The notes: generated by a model from the letters alone, not told the origin. Counted from the first letter of the stretch, positions 8,820 to 19,038 are shown. The stretch: 64,000 nt of DNA from an uncultured Gemmatimonadales bacterium (GCA_963795085.1 CAWCFX010000004.1:416001-480000); one strand, 5' to 3'. Numbers and translations: made by a program.

Positions 8820-10373
8820 GTGAGAATCCGAGCCTCCCGCCTGCTGCTCCTGTGCGTGATTTCGGCGGTCCGGCCCCCGGTGGCCGCGGCCCAGGCGACG
8901 TCCTATGAGCAGCTCCAGACCTTCTCGGGAATTCTGAACCAGATCCGCCTCAACTACGTGGACTCGGTGGGGTATGGGGAGCTGGTGCGGGCCGCGATCG
9001 ACGGCGTCCTCTCCTCCCTCGACCCGCACAGCTACTTCCTGACCCGGGAGGACGGCCTGCGGATGCTGGCCTACGAAGCGGGCCAGCTGGCGGGGACCGG
9101 CCTGTTCCTCGACGAAGTGGACGGCGAGATAACCGTGCAGGCGGTGTTGCCCCGAAGCCCCGCTGCCCGGGCCGGAGTAGCGACCGGGGACCGCCTGCTT
9201 CAGGTGAACGACACGACCGTCGCCGGCCTCTCGTCCCAGGCGCTCCGTGCCCGCATGCTGGGCGAACGAGGGACCCGGGTGCGGTTCCACCTGGCGCGGG
9301 GCCCCCGGAGCGAACCCGACACGGTACGGGTCTCTCTCAAGTACGATTTCATCGAGCCACGGTCCGTCTCCATTGCCCGGATGGCCGGTCCCACGACCGG
9401 GTATGTCCGGCTCCAGGGGTTTCATCGCGAGGCGGGGAGAGAGGTGGGCGATGCCCTGAAGAAGCTGCGCTCCTCCGGTGCCCGCGAGGCCATTCTCGAC
9501 CTCCGCGGCAACCCCGGGGGCATCGTGTACGCCGCGGTGGAGATCGCCTCCATCTTTTTCCCCGAGAGCGTACTGGTGTTCCGGACTGACGGCCGCCGCC
9601 GCGCCGCCCGGCAGTCCTTCACGACCGAGAGGAACGGCAGCTTCCGGGATATTCCCCTGGTGGTCCTGATCGATGCCGGGAGCGCCAGCGCGGCCGAGGC
9701 GCTGGCAGGATCACTCCAGGATCACGATCGCGCTCTGATTATCGGACGCCGCAGTTTTGGCAAGGCGCTGATGCAGCGGCCCTTCGAGGTGCCGCCGGCG
9801 GGGGACGTCGTCTGGCTGACGGTGGGGCACATCGTGACGCCCAGCGGCCGGTTCATTCAACGGCAGTACCGGGGCCTGGTCGCGGAGCAGTACCGGGTCC
9901 TGGCCGGCGGCTCTGGAGCCGCCACCGATACGGCCAAGGTCTATCGCACCGATGCGGGACGGGAGGTGCGGGGCGGCGGAGGCATCGCTCCCGATGTCAT
10001 CCTGCCCGGCCGCTCCGACCTCCCGGCCTGGTTCAGCGAGGCGGCCGAAAAGGGTCTGATCGAGGCCATCGCCGACAGCGTGGCCAACTCGCTGCCGGCA
10101 GACCGGGCGTCCCGGGACAGGTTCGCCGCCTCCGCGGCTCCGTGGGACGAGCAGGTGGTGGTTCCCTTTCTGGCCCGGTCCCGCGGGCAGCTGGGCGCCC
10201 TGGTCGAGCCCGATTCGGTGGCCCGGTCGTACATCGGCTTTATCCTGGCCAATCGGGCCGCCGAGGTGCGCTGGGGCCAGGAGGCCCAGGAAGAGCTGTT
10301 CATCCGGCATGATTCAGATATCCAGGCCGCACTGGCCTATTTTCCCCGGCTACCCCAGCTCCTCCGGCCCTGA
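8820..10373 (+). CDS. S41 family C-terminal processing protease (CtpA/Prc-like) with PDZ domain
   Basis: LDPHS, PDZ region SPAARAGV, LDLRGNPGG, SASAAE (catalytic Ser), SFGKAL (Lys), GIAPDV. Confidence 0.92.
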   Translation: MRIRASRLLLLCVISAVRPPVAAAQATSYEQLQTFSGILNQIRLNYVDSVGYGELVRAAIDGVLSSLDPHSYFLTREDGLRMLAYEAGQLAGTGLFLDEVDGEITVQAVLPRSPAARAGVATGDRLLQVNDTTVAGLSSQALRARMLGERGTRVRFHLARGPRSEPDTVRVSLKYDFIEPRSVSIARMAGPTTGYVRLQGFHREAGREVGDALKKLRSSGAREAILDLRGNPGGIVYAAVEIASIFFPESVLVFRTDGRRRAARQSFTTERNGSFRDIPLVVLIDAGSASAAEALAGSLQDHDRALIIGRRSFGKALMQRPFEVPPAGDVVWLTVGHIVTPSGRFIQRQYRGLVAEQYRVLAGGSGAATDTAKVYRTDAGREVRGGGGIAPDVILPGRSDLPAWFSEAAEKGLIEAIADSVANSLPADRASRDRFAASAAPWDEQVVVPFLARSRGQLGALVEPDSVARSYIGFILANRAAEVRWGQEAQEELFIRHDSDIQAALAYFPRLPQLLRP

Positions 10374-10418
10374 TCGCCCCCAATCCCCCAAACCCCCGGT
10401 TTGGCGTTATTTTGCGGC

Positions 10419-12545
10419 ATGGCAACCAGAACCCAGAGCCGGTCCCAGGCCGCCGGCCAACTCGACAAGGCCGAGCTGCTCGACCTCTACCGCATCATGC
10501 TCCTGTCCCGGCGTATCGACGACAAGGAGATTCAGCTCAAGCGCCAGAACAAGATTTTCTTTCAGATCTCCGGCGCCGGCCACGAAGGGATCCTCGCCGC
10601 CGCCTCCAAGGTCTTCCGCCCCGCCTACGACTGGTTCTACACCTACTACCGCGACCGTGCGCTCTGCCTCGGCCTGGGGATGACCGCGACCGAGCAGTTG
10701 CTGTCCGCCGTGGGAGCCGCCGCCGACCCCAACTCGGGCGGCCGCCAGATGCCCTCCCACTGGGGCCACAAGGACCTCAACATCGTCAGCGCGTCCAGCC
10801 CAACCGGGACCCAGTTCCTCCAGGCGGTGGGCTGCGCGGAAGCCTGGCTCCGCTATTCGCGGAATGAGCTGATTACCGACCGGGACCAGCTGATCAACGG
10901 GGACGAGGTCGTCTTCTGCTCCACCGGCGACGGCACCACCAGCGAGGGCGAGTTCTGGGAAGCGATGAACTCGGCCAGCAACCTCAAGCTGCCGGTGGTG
11001 TTCGTGGTGGAGGACAACAAGTATGCGATCTCCGTTCCGGTCGAGGTGAATACCGCCGGTGGGTCCATTTCAAAACTGGTGGCGTCGTTCCCCCACCTTC
11101 ACCTGGAAGAAGTGGACGGGTGCGACGTGATCGCCTCGTACCATGCGCTATCCCGCGCGGTGGACCACGCCCGGCAGCGGAAGGGGCCCGCCCTGGTGCA
11201 TGCCCACGTGATCCGGCCGTACAGCCACTCGCTGTCGGATGACGAGGTGCAGTACCGGACGCCGGCCGAGCGGGAGGAAGATGCGAAGAAAGATCCCATC
11301 ACCCGCTTCCCGAAGCAGCTGGTGGAGCAGGGCATTGCGTCCGAGTCCGAGATCGAGGCCATCAAGGCCCAGGTAGAGGAAGAGGTCGCGGCGGCCACCG
11401 AAACCGCCCTCGCCTCACCCCAGCCGGCCACCGACACCATCTACCAGTACGTCTATTCCCCGGACGTGGACCCCACCTCGGAGCAGTTCGACACCGAGGA
11501 CGATCCAAAGTTCTCGGGTGAGCCGACCACCATGGTGGACCTGCTCAACGCCTGCCTGAAAGACGAGATGGCGCGGGATCCCCGCATCGTCCTGTTCGGG
11601 CAGGATGTCGCCGATGCCAGCCGGGAAGCCTCGCTGCCCGACGTCAAAGGCAAAGGGGGCGTATTCAAGGTGACCTGGGGGCTGCAGCGGGCGTTCGGCG
11701 GGAACCGGGTCTATAACTCGCCCCTGGCCGAGGCCAATATCGTGGGGCGGGCGATCGGCCTGGCCACCCGCGGCCTCAAGCCGGTGGTCGAGATCCAGTT
11801 CTTTGATTACATCTGGCCGGCGTACATGCAGTTGCGGAACGAGCTGGCCGTGTTGCGCTGGCGGTCCAACAACGCCTTTGCCGCCCCCGTCGTGGTGCGG
11901 GTGACCTATGGCGGGTACCTCAAGGGCGGCTCGGTCTATCACTCGCAAACCGGTGCGGCGGTGTTCACCTGTATCCCCGGAATCCGGGTGGTATGTCCCG
12001 CCACCGCCCTCGATGCCAATGGTCTCCTGCGCACCGCTATCCGGTGCGAGGATCCGGTCCTGTTCCTCGAGCACAAGCACCTGTACCGCCAGACCTACAA
12101 CAAGGCGCCCAATCCCGGGCCCAACTTCATGATCCCGCTGGGCAAGGCCAAGGTGGTGCGGGAAGGCAGCGACCTGACGGTGGTGACCTACGGCGCCGTG
12201 GTACAGCGTGCCCTGGTCGCGGCCAAGGAGCTGGAGGAGCAGAAGGGAATCCGGGTCGAAGTGGTCGACCTCCGGTCGCTTTCCCCGGTGGACTGGGACA
12301 CCATCTACGCTTCGGTTAGGAAAACCAACAAGGTGATCGTTGCCTACGAGGATTCGCTCAGTTGGGGTTACGGCTCGGAGATCTCGGCCCGGATCGCCGA
12401 CGAGATGTTCGCCTTCCTCGACGCACCGGTCCGCCGGGTGGCGTCCACCGACACGTTCGTGGCCTACGCCCCGGAGCTGGAAGACGCGATCCTGCCCCAA
12501 GTGGCGAACCTGCGGTTGGCCATGGAAGAAGTCGTGCGGTTTTGA
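10419..12545 (+). CDS. 2-oxoacid (probably branched-chain) dehydrogenase E1, fused alpha/beta subunits
   Basis: YYRD, GRQMPSH, TPP motif GDGTTSEG...[31 protein letters not shown]. Confidence 0.93.
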   Translation: MATRTQSRSQAAGQLDKAELLDLYRIMLLSRRIDDKEIQLKRQNKIFFQISGAGHEGILAAASKVFRPAYDWFYTYYRDRALCLGLGMTATEQLLSAVGAAADPNSGGRQMPSHWGHKDLNIVSASSPTGTQFLQAVGCAEAWLRYSRNELITDRDQLINGDEVVFCSTGDGTTSEGEFWEAMNSASNLKLPVVFVVEDNKYAISVPVEVNTAGGSISKLVASFPHLHLEEVDGCDVIASYHALSRAVDHARQRKGPALVHAHVIRPYSHSLSDDEVQYRTPAEREEDAKKDPITRFPKQLVEQGIASESEIEAIKAQVEEEVAAATETALASPQPATDTIYQYVYSPDVDPTSEQFDTEDDPKFSGEPTTMVDLLNACLKDEMARDPRIVLFGQDVADASREASLPDVKGKGGVFKVTWGLQRAFGGNRVYNSPLAEANIVGRAIGLATRGLKPVVEIQFFDYIWPAYMQLRNELAVLRWRSNNAFAAPVVVRVTYGGYLKGGSVYHSQTGAAVFTCIPGIRVVCPATALDANGLLRTAIRCEDPVLFLEHKHLYRQTYNKAPNPGPNFMIPLGKAKVVREGSDLTVVTYGAVVQRALVAAKELEEQKGIRVEVVDLRSLSPVDWDTIYASVRKTNKVIVAYEDSLSWGYGSEISARIADEMFAFLDAPVRRVASTDTFVAYAPELEDAILPQVANLRLAMEEVVRF

Positions 12546-12611
12546 GGATTACCAACGGCCATTAGTCGTCGAGCCAATAGACGCTGACCATAGCGACTCA
12601 GGGCTAGTGGC

Positions 12612-12653
12612 AATAAGGGAGCCCCTGAATCGAACGATTCATCCAGGGCTCCC
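12612..12653 (-). terminator. Strong hairpin, probable intrinsic terminator (U-tail on minus strand; may also end the E1 transcript)
   Basis: GGGAGCCC(12617-24)-C-TGAATCG-AA-CGATTCA-TCCA-GGGCTCCC(12646-53), preceded by AATAA (TTATT on minus strand). Confidence 0.6.
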
Positions 12654-13007
12654 CGGCCGGTTTCCGGCGTTGTTGGCGGCGGTCGTGCCGCGCTGATAGA
12701 GCGATGTAATCACCCGCTCAGGTGGTGTCCTGCCTTGGAAACGTTTCTCGTAAGCGTCATATCGGAGGCCCGTCGCAAACCCCGGCGAGCGTCCACGCCC
12801 TCCTTTCACGACGCAGTGTACTTGCATAGTTGCACTCGGTACCGCCCGCGTCAAGTACAACTTTCCGAGCAGTCAAAGGGTGAGCGGTCAGTCACAACTT
12901 CTCGCCGCTCACCTCGAACCTGTTCAGGCTCCCACCCGCGCTTCCGATGTGAGTGGAGCCATATCTCCAGAACTTCCAGCACCGTTGGCGGGAAAGCCGC
13001 CTCGGGC

Positions 13008-13081
13008 GTGCAGGGTGCAGAGTGCAGAGTGCAGGGTGCAGAGTGCAGGGTGCAGGGTGCAGGGTGCAGAGTGCAGGGTGC
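13008..13081. repeat. Heptamer tandem repeat (GTGCAGR) x10
   Basis: Ten full units GTGCAGG/GTGCAGA (last base order G,A,A,G,A,G,G,G,A,G) plus a partial GTGC. Confidence 0.95.
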
Positions 13082-13083
13082 TC

Positions 13084-13476
13084 CTATGGTGCCGGCGGCC
13101 GGACCGGAATCGTGATCACTCCGGTGCCCCCTGAAATCACGAACGCGGTGGCCACGCTGTCCCGCATGGTGACCTCGTAGCGCCTTGAGTGGGAGCGTGC
13201 CGGCAGGGTAAGGCGGTCTCCGACGTACCGGCTTCCGTATGTGCTATCCTCGACGACATCAAGGCCGGCACCCCGCTGCCCGACTCTCCATCGCACCGAT
13301 TCAGGTTCGTTCCCCAGAAACGCTTCCACCGTCACCAGCCTGGATTCACCGTTGTCCAGGATGACGATCGACGGGTCACTCCGCACCTCGGCGGTCGGAG
13401 GGCCCAGATCCACCTCCCTGACGCATGCCGCGGCCAGCAGAATACCTACGCTGGCCAGGTACCTCAAATGCTGCAC
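13084..13476 (-). CDS. Hypothetical lipoprotein
   Basis: GGGAGG RBS then GTG at 13476; lipobox LLAAAC; beta-rich 130-aa product. Confidence 0.7.
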   Translation of the reverse strand: MQHLRYLASVGILLAAACVREVDLGPPTAEVRSDPSIVILDNGESRLVTVEAFLGNEPESVRWRVGQRGAGLDVVEDSTYGSRYVGDRLTLPARSHSRRYEVTMRDSVATAFVISGGTGVITIPVRPPAP

Positions 13477-13572
13477 GTTTACCTCCCTTCGGGACCCTTG
13501 TAAGACGACGGACCGCCGAGTGAGAGACACACCGGGCACGAGGGCATGACGGAAAGGGTGCAGAGGCCTTGG

Positions 13573-14589
13573 CTACGGCTTCAGCACCGTCCACTCCACT
13601 TCGTTCAGCAGGTTCCCCACCGCTTCCGCGGAGTCGCTGGTGTAGGCGAAGCATCCCGGTCCCCCGCTTGGACTTACCCCGTTCAGCCGTCCCACCGTTT
13701 CCCGCACCCAATCGTCGTAGCTGCCCCGCATGCAGAAACGGACCAGGTAGGGTGGTTTGATCTCCAGCGGGACAATCTCGCCGCTCCGCACCCGGCGTAC
13801 CGCCCGGGCGGCGGCGTTCCGGAGCATCCGGTGGACCGTGGCGGGGGGCAGGGTGATGGCCGCCGAGCGGGAGACGGCGGTCTTGACGGTGACCAGCTCG
13901 ATGTTGCCGAGCATCTCGCCGGTTTCCGAGGTCAGGGCGTCGTCCCCGGCGGCCAGGGCCAAGGGGACTCCCATCTCTCCGCCGATGAAGGCGGCGATGC
14001 CTGCCTCGTTCAAAACCTTGCCATTCACCGTGAAGGAATCGAAGGCAAAGTTGTGCGCGATGATGCCCGGGCTGCCGGCGTTGGCGTGGGCCCCGACGAT
14101 CATCATGGCATCCACCATCGGGTTGAGCCCGGTGGACATCACGATCGGCTTGGGGTACCCGCGGATCAGGATCGCCGCCGGGTCCAGCTGCTCCACCAGG
14201 ACGTTCCTGAACAGGGTACCGCCGTGCCCCTCGTTGACGATGAACTGGGTTGCGCCGGCCAGCCGCGCCCCGGCGATGAGGGCATTCACCTCGTCGGTCA
14301 GTTCCTGCCGGAACCGCTCGTGCTGGGGGGAGCCGCCCCGGGCCACCGGGCGCATCTCGGTGGCGTTCCGCACTGCGCTGGCCAGCCCTTCCATGTCGGC
14401 GATGATATACACGGTGAACCCGGTCGCCTGCATGTCCTCTTCCAGCTTGCGCCGGGCTTCCTGGTATTCGGTGACGCCGTAATACGCCGCCGGCGGGGTG
14501 GTATCCCGGGGCGGCGCCTGCTGGGCCTGCTGGGCCGGGTTCTGGAGAACCAGCGCCGCGGTGGCCGTGGCGAGAAGGGTGAGGATCAT
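13573..14589 (-). CDS. Exported M55 family metallopeptidase (DppA-like D-aminopeptidase)
   Basis: ADMEG, EVNALIAGA, NEGHGG, GAHANAG, AHNF, NEAG, GDDAL, VKTAVSR; signal peptide. Confidence 0.88.
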   Translation of the reverse strand: MILTLLATATAALVLQNPAQQAQQAPPRDTTPPAAYYGVTEYQEARRKLEEDMQATGFTVYIIADMEGLASAVRNATEMRPVARGGSPQHERFRQELTDEVNALIAGARLAGATQFIVNEGHGGTLFRNVLVEQLDPAAILIRGYPKPIVMSTGLNPMVDAMMIVGAHANAGSPGIIAHNFAFDSFTVNGKVLNEAGIAAFIGGEMGVPLALAAGDDALTSETGEMLGNIELVTVKTAVSRSAAITLPPATVHRMLRNAAARAVRRVRSGEIVPLEIKPPYLVRFCMRGSYDDWVRETVGRLNGVSPSGGPGCFAYTSDSAEAVGNLLNEVEWTVLKP

Positions 14590-15578
14590 CGGAGCACCAC
14601 TTCTTCGATGGCGTCCAGCAGGTAACCCATTTCCCTCGCGCTGTCGGTCACCAGCCGGAAGCTGCGCTCACCGGTCTTTTCCAACCTGAACTCGGACAGC
14701 CGGCTCACCCCGGTCACGATGCTGTCGGGGAAACTGCGGCGCAGCATGAAGTCCACGGTGTACGGCCGTTCCATGGTGAAGGGCTTGAAGTCGCCGCGCC
14801 GCTCCCGCCGCACCGCCTCGGCGGCGGCGGTCTGCAGCATCCGCCGCACCCGCTCCGGGCTGTACGTGATGGCGGCGCTCCTCCCGACCGCCTTTTTCAC
14901 CACCACACCAATGACCCCGTTGCCGAGCATGGCCTGGGTCTCCTCCACCAGGACGTCGTCCCCGCTGACCAGCGAGACCGACACTCCCATCTCGCCGGCG
15001 ATCAGCGCGTTGATCCCCACCTCGTTCAGCTTCCGGCCGTTCACGGTGAACTCGTCGAAGGCAAAGTTGTGGGCCATGACCCCGGGGCTGCCCGCGTTGG
15101 CGTGGGCCCCGGTGAACATCATGGTGCCGAACGAGCTGTCGATCCCGGTTATCATCACCAGGGGCTTGGGAAAGCCCCGCACCAGAATGGCGGTGCTGTC
15201 CAGCTCCCAGGGCAGCACGTTGGCGAACATGTTGCCGCCATGGCCCTCGTTGACCACGAAACTGCGGGCCCCCGCGAGGCGGGCCCCCCGGATGGTGGCG
15301 TTGACCTCCTGGGTCAGCAGCATCCGGAAGCGGTCCCAGTAGTCGGGGCTGGTGAGGTTCTTGTACCGCTCTCCCTCGTTGCCCGCGATGACCTCGTGGA
15401 TATCTACCGCGCTGCCCATGCCTTCCATGTCCGGGACGATGAAGACCCGGAAGCCGGCTTCTGATGGCACCGTCTTGGCGCGAAAGTGCTCGGCTCGCGC
15501 CTGGGCCGGTGTCTGCGCGAGCGCGGCCGGGGCGGCGGTGGCAGCCACCAGGCCAAGGCCGACAATCTTCCAGAGCAT
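14586..15578 (-). CDS. Exported M55 family metallopeptidase (DppA-like), paralog
   Basis: PDMEG, NEGHGG, GAHANAG, AHNF, NEVG, SGDD, VKKAVGR; GGAGG RBS before MLWKIVGL; signal peptide ending ALAQ. Confidence 0.88.
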   Translation of the reverse strand: MLWKIVGLGLVAATAAPAALAQTPAQARAEHFRAKTVPSEAGFRVFIVPDMEGMGSAVDIHEVIAGNEGERYKNLTSPDYWDRFRMLLTQEVNATIRGARLAGARSFVVNEGHGGNMFANVLPWELDSTAILVRGFPKPLVMITGIDSSFGTMMFTGAHANAGSPGVMAHNFAFDEFTVNGRKLNEVGINALIAGEMGVSVSLVSGDDVLVEETQAMLGNGVIGVVVKKAVGRSAAITYSPERVRRMLQTAAAEAVRRERRGDFKPFTMERPYTVDFMLRRSFPDSIVTGVSRLSEFRLEKTGERSFRLVTDSAREMGYLLDAIEEVVLR

Positions 15579-15622
15579 GTGTCCTCCATCCAGAGTCAAG
15601 GGAGCCTTCCGGGATAGCGCGG

Positions 15623-16987
15623 TCAAATGACGAGCAGTCTGATTTCGGTCATTTCTTCGATGGCGTAACGGATGCCCTCCCGGCCGGTTCCCGATTGCTT
15701 GACCCCGCCGTACGGCGCGTGGTCCACCCGGAATCCGGGCACGTCATTGATGACCAGCCCGCCGACCTCGACCTGCTCGAAGGCGCGCTTGATGGTGCGG
15801 ATATCATGGGTGAAGAGCCCCGCCTGGAGCCCATAGGGGCCCCGGTTGACCTCGGCGACGGCTTCGTCGATCGCGGCGTAACGGCGGACGGTGGTGACCG
15901 GCGCGAAGATCTCCTCCGCGTTCACCCGCATCTCCGTCCGGGTGTCGAGCAGGACGGCCGGGGCGACGACAGTTCCCCGGCGGCTTCCACCGACGGCGAC
16001 CGAGGCGCCAGCCGTCACCGCCTCCGCGATCCACTCGTCGACCCGGGTGGCGTTGGCCAGGTCGATCACCGGGCCCACGTCGGTTGCCGCGTCCAGCGGA
16101 TCGCCGGTCCGGAGCGCCCGCACCGCCCGGGTGAAGCGATCCACAAACTCATGGTACACCCGCTCGTGGACCAGGATGCGCTGGGTGGAGATGCAGGATT
16201 GCCCGGCATAGATGTACCCGCCGGCGACACAGCGGGCCACCGCATGGTCCAGGTCGGCGTCCGGCTCGACGATGACGGCCGCGTTGCCCCCCAGTTCCAG
16301 CGCCACCCGCTTCATGGGCGCCCGTTGCCTGATCATCCAGCCGACCCGGGCCGACCCGGTGAAGCTGATCATGCGGATTCGGGGGTCATCGAGCAGGGGT
16401 GCGGCGTCCTCGTTGCTGCAGGGCAGGATGGAGATGGCGCCCTCGGGATAGCCGCTCCGGGCCACCATACCGGCCAGCCGCATCGTCGAGAGCGGGTCCT
16501 GCGGCGGCGGCTTCAGCACCATGGTGGCGCCGCAGGCCATGGCCGGCGCCAGTTTGTGAGCCGCCAGGAGCAGGGGAAAGTTGAAGGGCGTGATTGCCGC
16601 GATGGGCGAAAGCGGAAACCGCCGGGTCAGTCCCCAGCGGCCCTCGCCATGCGGCAGCAGGTCCATGGGAATCACCTCGCCGCCGATCCGCTTGGACTCT
16701 TCCATCCCCTGCTCGAAGACAAAGATGGTCCGGTCCAGCTCCGCCCGTGCCAGCGCCAGCGGTTTTCCCGCCTCGGCCGCCAGCAGCCGGGCCAGGTCCT
16801 CCTTCTCTTCGACCAGCGCGGCCCGGACCCGCCCCAGTGCCGCCGCCCGGGCATGGGACGGGACCGCCTGGGCCACCGGCGCCGCGGCAACGGCGGCGTC
16901 AATCGCGGCCACCACGGCTTCCCGGCCGGCGAGCGCGACTCGGCCGACCACCGAACCGTCGTAGGGACTCCGGATTTCACTGTTCAT
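15623..16987 (-). CDS. NAD(P)-dependent aldehyde dehydrogenase
   Basis: ITPFNFP, FTGS, LELGGNA, GQSCIS (catalytic Cys), EEIFAP, YGGVKQSG. Confidence 0.93.
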   Translation of the reverse strand: MNSEIRSPYDGSVVGRVALAGREAVVAAIDAAVAAAPVAQAVPSHARAAALGRVRAALVEEKEDLARLLAAEAGKPLALARAELDRTIFVFEQGMEESKRIGGEVIPMDLLPHGEGRWGLTRRFPLSPIAAITPFNFPLLLAAHKLAPAMACGATMVLKPPPQDPLSTMRLAGMVARSGYPEGAISILPCSNEDAAPLLDDPRIRMISFTGSARVGWMIRQRAPMKRVALELGGNAAVIVEPDADLDHAVARCVAGGYIYAGQSCISTQRILVHERVYHEFVDRFTRAVRALRTGDPLDAATDVGPVIDLANATRVDEWIAEAVTAGASVAVGGSRRGTVVAPAVLLDTRTEMRVNAEEIFAPVTTVRRYAAIDEAVAEVNRGPYGLQAGLFTHDIRTIKRAFEQVEVGGLVINDVPGFRVDHAPYGGVKQSGTGREGIRYAIEEMTEIRLLVI

Positions 16988-18045
16988 TGACTGGCTGCCT
17001 CGATGATGCTCTCCCGGTCGCCCCGTTCCCACCGGCGGAAGATATCCTCGTCGGGCAGGGATGCGATGCGGCCCAGGATCAAGAGGGCAGGGAGGGCGTG
17101 CCCCGGGGTCTTCCACCGGGCCATCTCGACCAGGGAAGGCAGAGCCGCCGCCCGGAGCTCGTGGAGGAGGCCGGAGTCGCGTGCCTCGGTGACCTGCATC
17201 AGTGCCATGCTGGACTTGTTGCGGTCGGTCCAGACCGGGGAACTGAGCAGGGCCACCAGCGGCTCCGTCGGGACGGGGATTCGGCCTTCCGGGTGTCTTC
17301 CCCGGAATCCCGCGACCAGGGCCAGCGCCCGGATCGCGTTGTTGCGCACGGCGGGAGCCGGGTCCCGGGCGGCGTACGCCAGGTCGGCGACGATGCTCGC
17401 CTTGTCCGGATAGTACGCCAGGACCTGCGCCGCGATCGCCCGATCACGGGCCTCGGAGGACTCGCGAAGCACCGCGCGCAGGGCGTCGGAGTGCCGGGCA
17501 GCAAGGACGATAAAGTCCTCCTGCTCCGTGCGCGCCGCCGGAAACCGCATCAGGGAGTGGCCCTCCGCATCGTCCTCGGCGAACTCGCCCGCCTGCATCG
17601 CCGCGGCGAGAGCAGCCTCGAAGCGGCGGTGGGCCTCCAACACGGCGTCCGGCAGCGCCGCGCTGCCCCCGGGCTCGGAACGAAAGGAGAGACTGGCTGC
17701 CCCGGCCTCGATGATGCCGATGTAGACGATACTCCGGCCTTCCTCGCAGCAGACGACATCCAGTGTGGCGCGGGTAACCCCGGGGATGGCCTCCAGCCGA
17801 ACGAGGGCGTTCCGAAGCCCCGGCGTCACCGAGTCGCCGGCCTGGATGCCCACGGCGGCATCCACGGCGGCAGGGGAAATGGTGCGAATTCCGAAGTAAT
17901 CCACGGCGCCGACCGTCGGCATCTGGGCCGCCAGTGGGGCGGGCTGGAGCAGCGAGACAGCGGCTCCGATTCCGCAAAGGATGCCACGGGTCCTGCAGGC
18001 GACCCGGGCGACATTCTCAGCCAGCGCCTTCAGGCCAGCATTCAA
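16984..18045 (-). CDS. Exported HEAT-repeat protein (start uncertain)
   Basis: Signal-like segment ending LAAQ; HEAT-like motifs RDPAPAVRNNAIRAL, WTDRNKS; overlaps both neighbours. Confidence 0.7.
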   Translation of the reverse strand: MNAGLKALAENVARVACRTRGILCGIGAAVSLLQPAPLAAQMPTVGAVDYFGIRTISPAAVDAAVGIQAGDSVTPGLRNALVRLEAIPGVTRATLDVVCCEEGRSIVYIGIIEAGAASLSFRSEPGGSAALPDAVLEAHRRFEAALAAAMQAGEFAEDDAEGHSLMRFPAARTEQEDFIVLAARHSDALRAVLRESSEARDRAIAAQVLAYYPDKASIVADLAYAARDPAPAVRNNAIRALALVAGFRGRHPEGRIPVPTEPLVALLSSPVWTDRNKSSMALMQVTEARDSGLLHELRAAALPSLVEMARWKTPGHALPALLILGRIASLPDEDIFRRWERGDRESIIEAASQ

Positions 18046-18602
18046 GAGCAGCCCTCGACATAACCCACCTCCGGCATCCGGCCGGCCCGGTACCGGGTGA
18101 CTCGGCTGCCATCCGTTTCGAAAATGATGCGGAGTCCGGAATCGGGCGGGGTGCTCTCCCCGACCACCAGGTAGTGGCCATCGGTGTACTTGTGCGGCTG
18201 GACCGTCAGGCCGGGATAGAGTTCGAGGATGCGCTGCTCCGGATCGCCGATGCGGGCGCCCTCGCGGGTCCCGATAGTGCTGTCCTCGATGTTGACTCTG
18301 GCGATCCGGTCATGGGCGGTGAGAAAGCTGACCGGGCTGCCGGCGGAGTCGCCCGCGAAATAGACGTAGCCGCACTCCTCGGAACTGCCGGTAAGCGGGG
18401 CGCCGAATGCCTTGCCGCCCGCCGCGGCTGCCTCGGCCAGGGTCATCCCGGCGTGAATGGGTCCATAGCCCTCCGGGGTCACGGACCACGCGACGGGAGC
18501 GGCCGGGGGGGCCTCGCCGGAGGGCGGGCGGGGCGCTTCCTTCGACTGGCAGGCGGAGAGGATCGTCAGTACGGCGAGAGCCAGCATCCTGGCGGGGTTC
18601 AT
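18042..18602 (-). CDS. Hypothetical lipoprotein
   Basis: Lipobox ILSAC; GYGPIHAGMTL...GARIGD...IFETDG...YVEGCS. Confidence 0.8.
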   Translation of the reverse strand: MNPARMLALAVLTILSACQSKEAPRPPSGEAPPAAPVAWSVTPEGYGPIHAGMTLAEAAAAGGKAFGAPLTGSSEECGYVYFAGDSAGSPVSFLTAHDRIARVNIEDSTIGTREGARIGDPEQRILELYPGLTVQPHKYTDGHYLVVGESTPPDSGLRIIFETDGSRVTRYRAGRMPEVGYVEGCS

Positions 18603-18700
18603 GTGCAGCCTTGAATTCACGAGGTCCGGACCCAACCGGGGTGGCTCGGTCCCGCTGAACTATATGCGTTCGCGGGCCCGGGGATCAACCAGCGCTCCCC

Positions 18701-19033
18701 TCACATCATGGTAAAGAGATTCCAGGCGCCGAGGGCGGAAGCCATGACCAGGAGAATGGTCGCGCTCAATGCCCAGGGACCGGGGGGGAACCGGCGGCGG
18801 GCCAGCCGTGCCAGCAGGATGGCCACGACGCACCCGGCCAGGGAGAGGAGCGCGATCAGCTGGGCCGACCGCCACGAATACGGAAACCCTGCGAAGAACA
18901 ACCGCTGCAGTTCCACTGGGGGAAGCGCCTTGTCGAACACCATGATCCAGTGTGCAAAGGCGTACACTGGAAAGGCAAAGGCGGCGACCGCGGCCAGCAG
19001 CATGATGCGGGACGCGCGGTCGCGTACCTCCAT
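18701..19033 (-). CDS. Small membrane protein (about 3 TM)
   Basis: Three hydrophobic segments; lies between co-oriented genes. Confidence 0.65.
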   Translation of the reverse strand: MEVRDRASRIMLLAAVAAFAFPVYAFAHWIMVFDKALPPVELQRLFFAGFPYSWRSAQLIALLSLAGCVVAILLARLARRRFPPGPWALSATILLVMASALGAWNLFTMM

Positions 19034-19038
19034 GGGTC

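Noticed and set aside
12546..13007. tmRNA, RNase P RNA or group II intron
   Set aside because: No tRNA-like ends, no GAGGAAAGUCC core and no domain V motif found on either strand
12735..13180. ORFs with repeated CRVQGA(E/G) peptides
   Set aside because: They are translations of the heptamer repeat in all three frames
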